A stretch of DNA of 63,796 nucleotides, filler included, from Olpidium bornovanus S191 (lineage: Eukaryota; Fungi; Olpidiomycota), in NCBI GenBank assembly GCA_017911155.1. It is 33 parts of 33 records of this genome, joined end to end, with 100 filler letters (N's around TTAATTAATTAA, not from the genome) between each part and the next. Parts side by side here need not be neighbours in the genome. Positions count along the whole stretch, not along the records: positions 58,233 to 63,796 come from JAEFCI010000135.1; 32 more parts are not named here. One strand, 5' to 3'. The position numbers and the translations under genes were made by a program. Shown here in pieces: positions 60,775 to 63,796 of the stretch. The stretch's first letter is position 1; the number at the start of each line of letters is the position of its first letter. The notes beneath the pieces are model-generated. The model was not told the DNA's origin and did no database searches. It saw only the letters and a list, made by a program, of their open reading frames with translations.

Positions 60775-61968
60775 GGGGGGGTGGAAGGCGGCTTCGTTTT
60801 TTTTTTCTTTTTTTTTTTTTGTGGAGGGAACGGGGAAGGGCGGCTGTTTCGCGAGTGAAAGAGAGAAGAAAGAAAGGAAACGGAGAGGGTGGGAAGAAAG
60901 CGTGGGGAGAAAAAAAAAATAAAAGAAGAGGGGTTACGTGGGGGGGGGGGGAACTCCGTTTCTTTGTTAATCTTTCTTTTTCTTTTTTTGGTCTTCGCAG
61001 GGAATGGTATGGCGGAAAATCACGAAGCACTCGCGGCGGATGCGGGACGCGGCGGCGGCGGGGCCGTCGTCGAGCGCGCCGGACAAGCCGCGGAAAGCGG
61101 CGGCGGGGGCGACGCCCGAAGCACGCGGGCCGGACGACGACGACGACGACGACAACGACGCCGGGACGAGAGGGATTGCGAAAACCGCGTCCCTGACCGG
61201 CGGCGGCGCGCCGCCGGACGCCGGCGCGGTCCGCGCGCGGCGGAACAGGCCGGTCGTCAAAATGATGGCCTGCTTAGGTGCGCACACGCACGCCACCCCC
61301 CCTTCCCCGCCTTCCTCTTCCTCCTTGTCCCACCTTTCTCCCCCCCCCCACACACACACACGCACACGTCACCCTCACCATACTCCCCGTTCTCCCGTAG
61401 CTTTGTTCTTTTTCTTTTTTGCCGGAAACGGGGAGGGCCGGGAATCGGAGGTTCTTGACGCGTGTTTCGTCTCCTTTTTCTCTATAAAAAAAATCCGACG
61501 TGATTTGCTACATTTTCCCGTGCGCGGGCGGGCGGGCGGGCGGGCGGGCGGCGGCGACGGTTCCGCACGGCGCGCCTCTTCGCCAGCCGGGTACTTCGTG
61601 CGGTGGTTCGTCGCCGTCGTCCTTGCTCTGGCGACGCTGACTGGCAACCACGACAGCACCTTCCTTTACGTCGGAACCATCGCCACGGTGAACGCCGGTG
61701 GTGAGTTTTTATTTTTTTATTTTTTTTTTCCCCGAAGTAAGAGGGGGAGTTGACCGTGACGTTTGGTTTTTTTTTCTTTCGTTTTTTCCCCCTGCGCCGC
61801 GGCGCAGGCGTCATCCACGCGGTCGGCTACTGGTGCAGCACCGGGCCTGACGAGCGTCCGGCCCGCTCGCCGTCGACCACCCCCTCGCGCAAGGGCGGGT
61901 CCGTGCTCTCGCACCCCATATCCGTCAATCCGCACGGAACGGTCGACGGACGCTGCGGCGGCCGATGA
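59081..61968 (+). CDS. Seven-TM G protein-coupled receptor, Git3/cAMP-receptor-like, multi-exon
   Basis: TM1 MSVLALCVLAPSLVSAAWTI; LPLYLAICD..HSI|DH; LCSALGALLQ; VYVRV...GRGEWGFL; FGPAKFWC; acidic ICL3; FVRWFVAVV; TVNAGG|VIHAVGY. Confidence 0.78.
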
Positions 61969-63796
61969 AACCCACCGGCGGGGGCGAAGAGAAGAAGGGA
62001 GGGGGGATTCACGAAAACCCCCTTTTCGACGCGGCGGTGGCGGTGCGCATCCCCCCTTCCCCCCCCTTTCCCACCCTCTCTCTCTTCCCCGCAAACCCCT
62101 TCTGGGTAACTCATTACGAAACAACCTCGCCCCTCCCGGCCCTCTGGTGCGCGGTCTGTTTCGCGGGGGTCGCGGCCTGGAGGAGGTCCCGCGCCCTGCG
62201 GCTTTCTTTTCCTTTTTCTTTTTTAAGTTTTATTTATTCTTTTTTTATTTTTTTTTTTTTTTTTTTTTTCTGGCGGAGTGGGCAACCCGACTAAGTAGGT
62301 ATCCCCACGCGGCGCACACATAAACACACACACAAGCACACACAAGCACACACATCACACTCTCCCCTCCCAGCCCGCTTAAACTTGTGATCTGCAAGAT
62401 TCACGCAACTGCAAATGAAAAAGCGGTTCTGTCGCGTAAAATCTTGCGATGATCTTAGGCGTATTGCTGGCAGCTGCGATAAAGAAAGGCGCGTCGCCGC
62501 AGGCCGGGCACAGTCCCGAACGCGCCGACCCCCGGCGACGGAAACGTGTGCCGCGGACGCGTCATTGATCAAGCGGAGGAGTTATTGCTGCGAGCCTGAG
62601 CCCGCGGCGCGCGAGCATTTGTGGCTGTTCGCTTTCCCGCAATCTCGTCGCCATTACTCTTTTTACCTTTCGGTGCCCTCAGCGCGAAATGATCGCTTGG
62701 ACTCACGCCAATATCTTTCCCATTACCCTTGACGGAGTCCTTGCGCCATATTGGTATTATTACAACCGCGGCCTGCGGCGGCGGCGGCGGCGGCGGCGGC
62801 TGCGAGGGGGGGGCACTCGCAGCCCATTTCCGTCAATCGGTCGGCAGGTGCCCCGGCAGCCGATGATAACCTCCCGCGTGGCGAGGAGAGGAGGTGGTGG
62901 GGTTCAAGATATGCCGCCCTTTCAACGCGGCGGCGGTGGCCCCCCTTCGCCCGCGAACCCTATCAAACAACTCCCTCCATCCGGGTGCGCGGACTGTTCT
63001 GCGGGCCGCGGGGCAGACTAGGTACAACACCACCTACCCCCATTGCTACACACCCTTGCCCTTTACGTGACCTGTGAGATTTACACAGCCCGCGGTAGCC
63101 CAATATCATTCGTCCGGCAAAGGTCGGCTTCCATCGAGAAGGAACGAACGCTCTTCAAGGACTGTAGAATCAGTGTCCGCTGGGCCCGCTGAGCGCACAA
63201 GGAGAGCGGAATTACGGTTTGGCGGGTGGCCCGGGAAATTCGAGTCGGACGGCGGCCGCGCGAAGGCGACGCATCCGGAATTGACGGGGTGGTTCTCGGT
63301 TTCGAGCGCGGCGCGTCCCCTCTATCGAAGGCGCGCAGGCTCGCGGCGTGGTGAATCTGCCGACCATCTGGCGCCCGGATTAAAGAGCGATGGGGCGGGT
63401 GGGTGCGGAAAGGGGGAGCTACGTTGCCTTTGCGGGTTTTCTCTGCGTGTTTCTGCGGAGCGAGATCGGTGCGCGGGTGTGGGGGACGTGCCCGTGCGCG
63501 TTGCGCGCGTGTTCGCGTGTCACGTGCGCACGCCACGCGAGGAGTGCGCCGGTCAGGTGATCTCGAGCGGGAAAGAGAGAGTGTGATGGGGATCACGCGC
63601 GCGGGGGAAGGGTAAGCGCGCGCCGCGTTTTTTTTTTTTTTTTTTTTTTTTTTTTTCCCCTTTTTTCCCCCCCCCCCCCCCCCCCCTTTTTTTTTTTTTT
63701 TTCGGTGCCGCCGATCTTTTTTTTTTTGTTTTTTTTTTCGTTAAAGTAGCGGCAGAAGTTGGCGTCGCGCTGGGTCTGACCGGTTTTGCCCTATTA

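Noticed and set aside
1-63796. Apparent clustering of genes (for example REV7 and BABAM1, or the MTase element next to Copia and the bacterial GMC gene)
   Set aside because: The contigs are joined by artificial spacers, so adjacency carries no biological information.
62291-63796. ORFs after the GPCR
   Set aside because: No recognisable domains, and overlapping frames on both strands are equally unconvincing.

Overview
This window is not a contiguous locus. It is 33 short contigs (about 1.0-5.6 kb) joined by 32 identical artificial 100-bp spacers (N44-TTAATTAATTAA-N44), so neighbouring genes are not linked. Most contigs come from a GC-rich, intron-rich eukaryote. The gene set (fungal-type GPC1, VTC/DUF202, LTE1-like GEF, TRS120, ADA2, PUF6, plus a ciliary ASH-domain protein, a BABAM1/MERIT40 homologue and a Shaker-like Kv channel) points to an early-diverging, probably zoosporic fungus; this is inference, not a database result. 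Other recognisable genes are eIF2-beta, eIF3j, REV7, hexokinase, a Pirh2-like E3, an RDH-like SDR, insulysin/STE23, a GPCR and a secreted GDSL-fold protein. One contig (24540-26099) looks bacterial. Four contigs are LTR retrotransposon pieces. The most striking observation is a degenerate Ty3/Gypsy pol (26200-28355) with a DIRS/phage-type Dam-like N6-adenine methyltransferase domain (DLFA...NPPF) between RNase H and a DDE integrase. No rRNA, tRNA or CRISPR array is supported. All homology calls are from motif recognition by eye; no searches were run.
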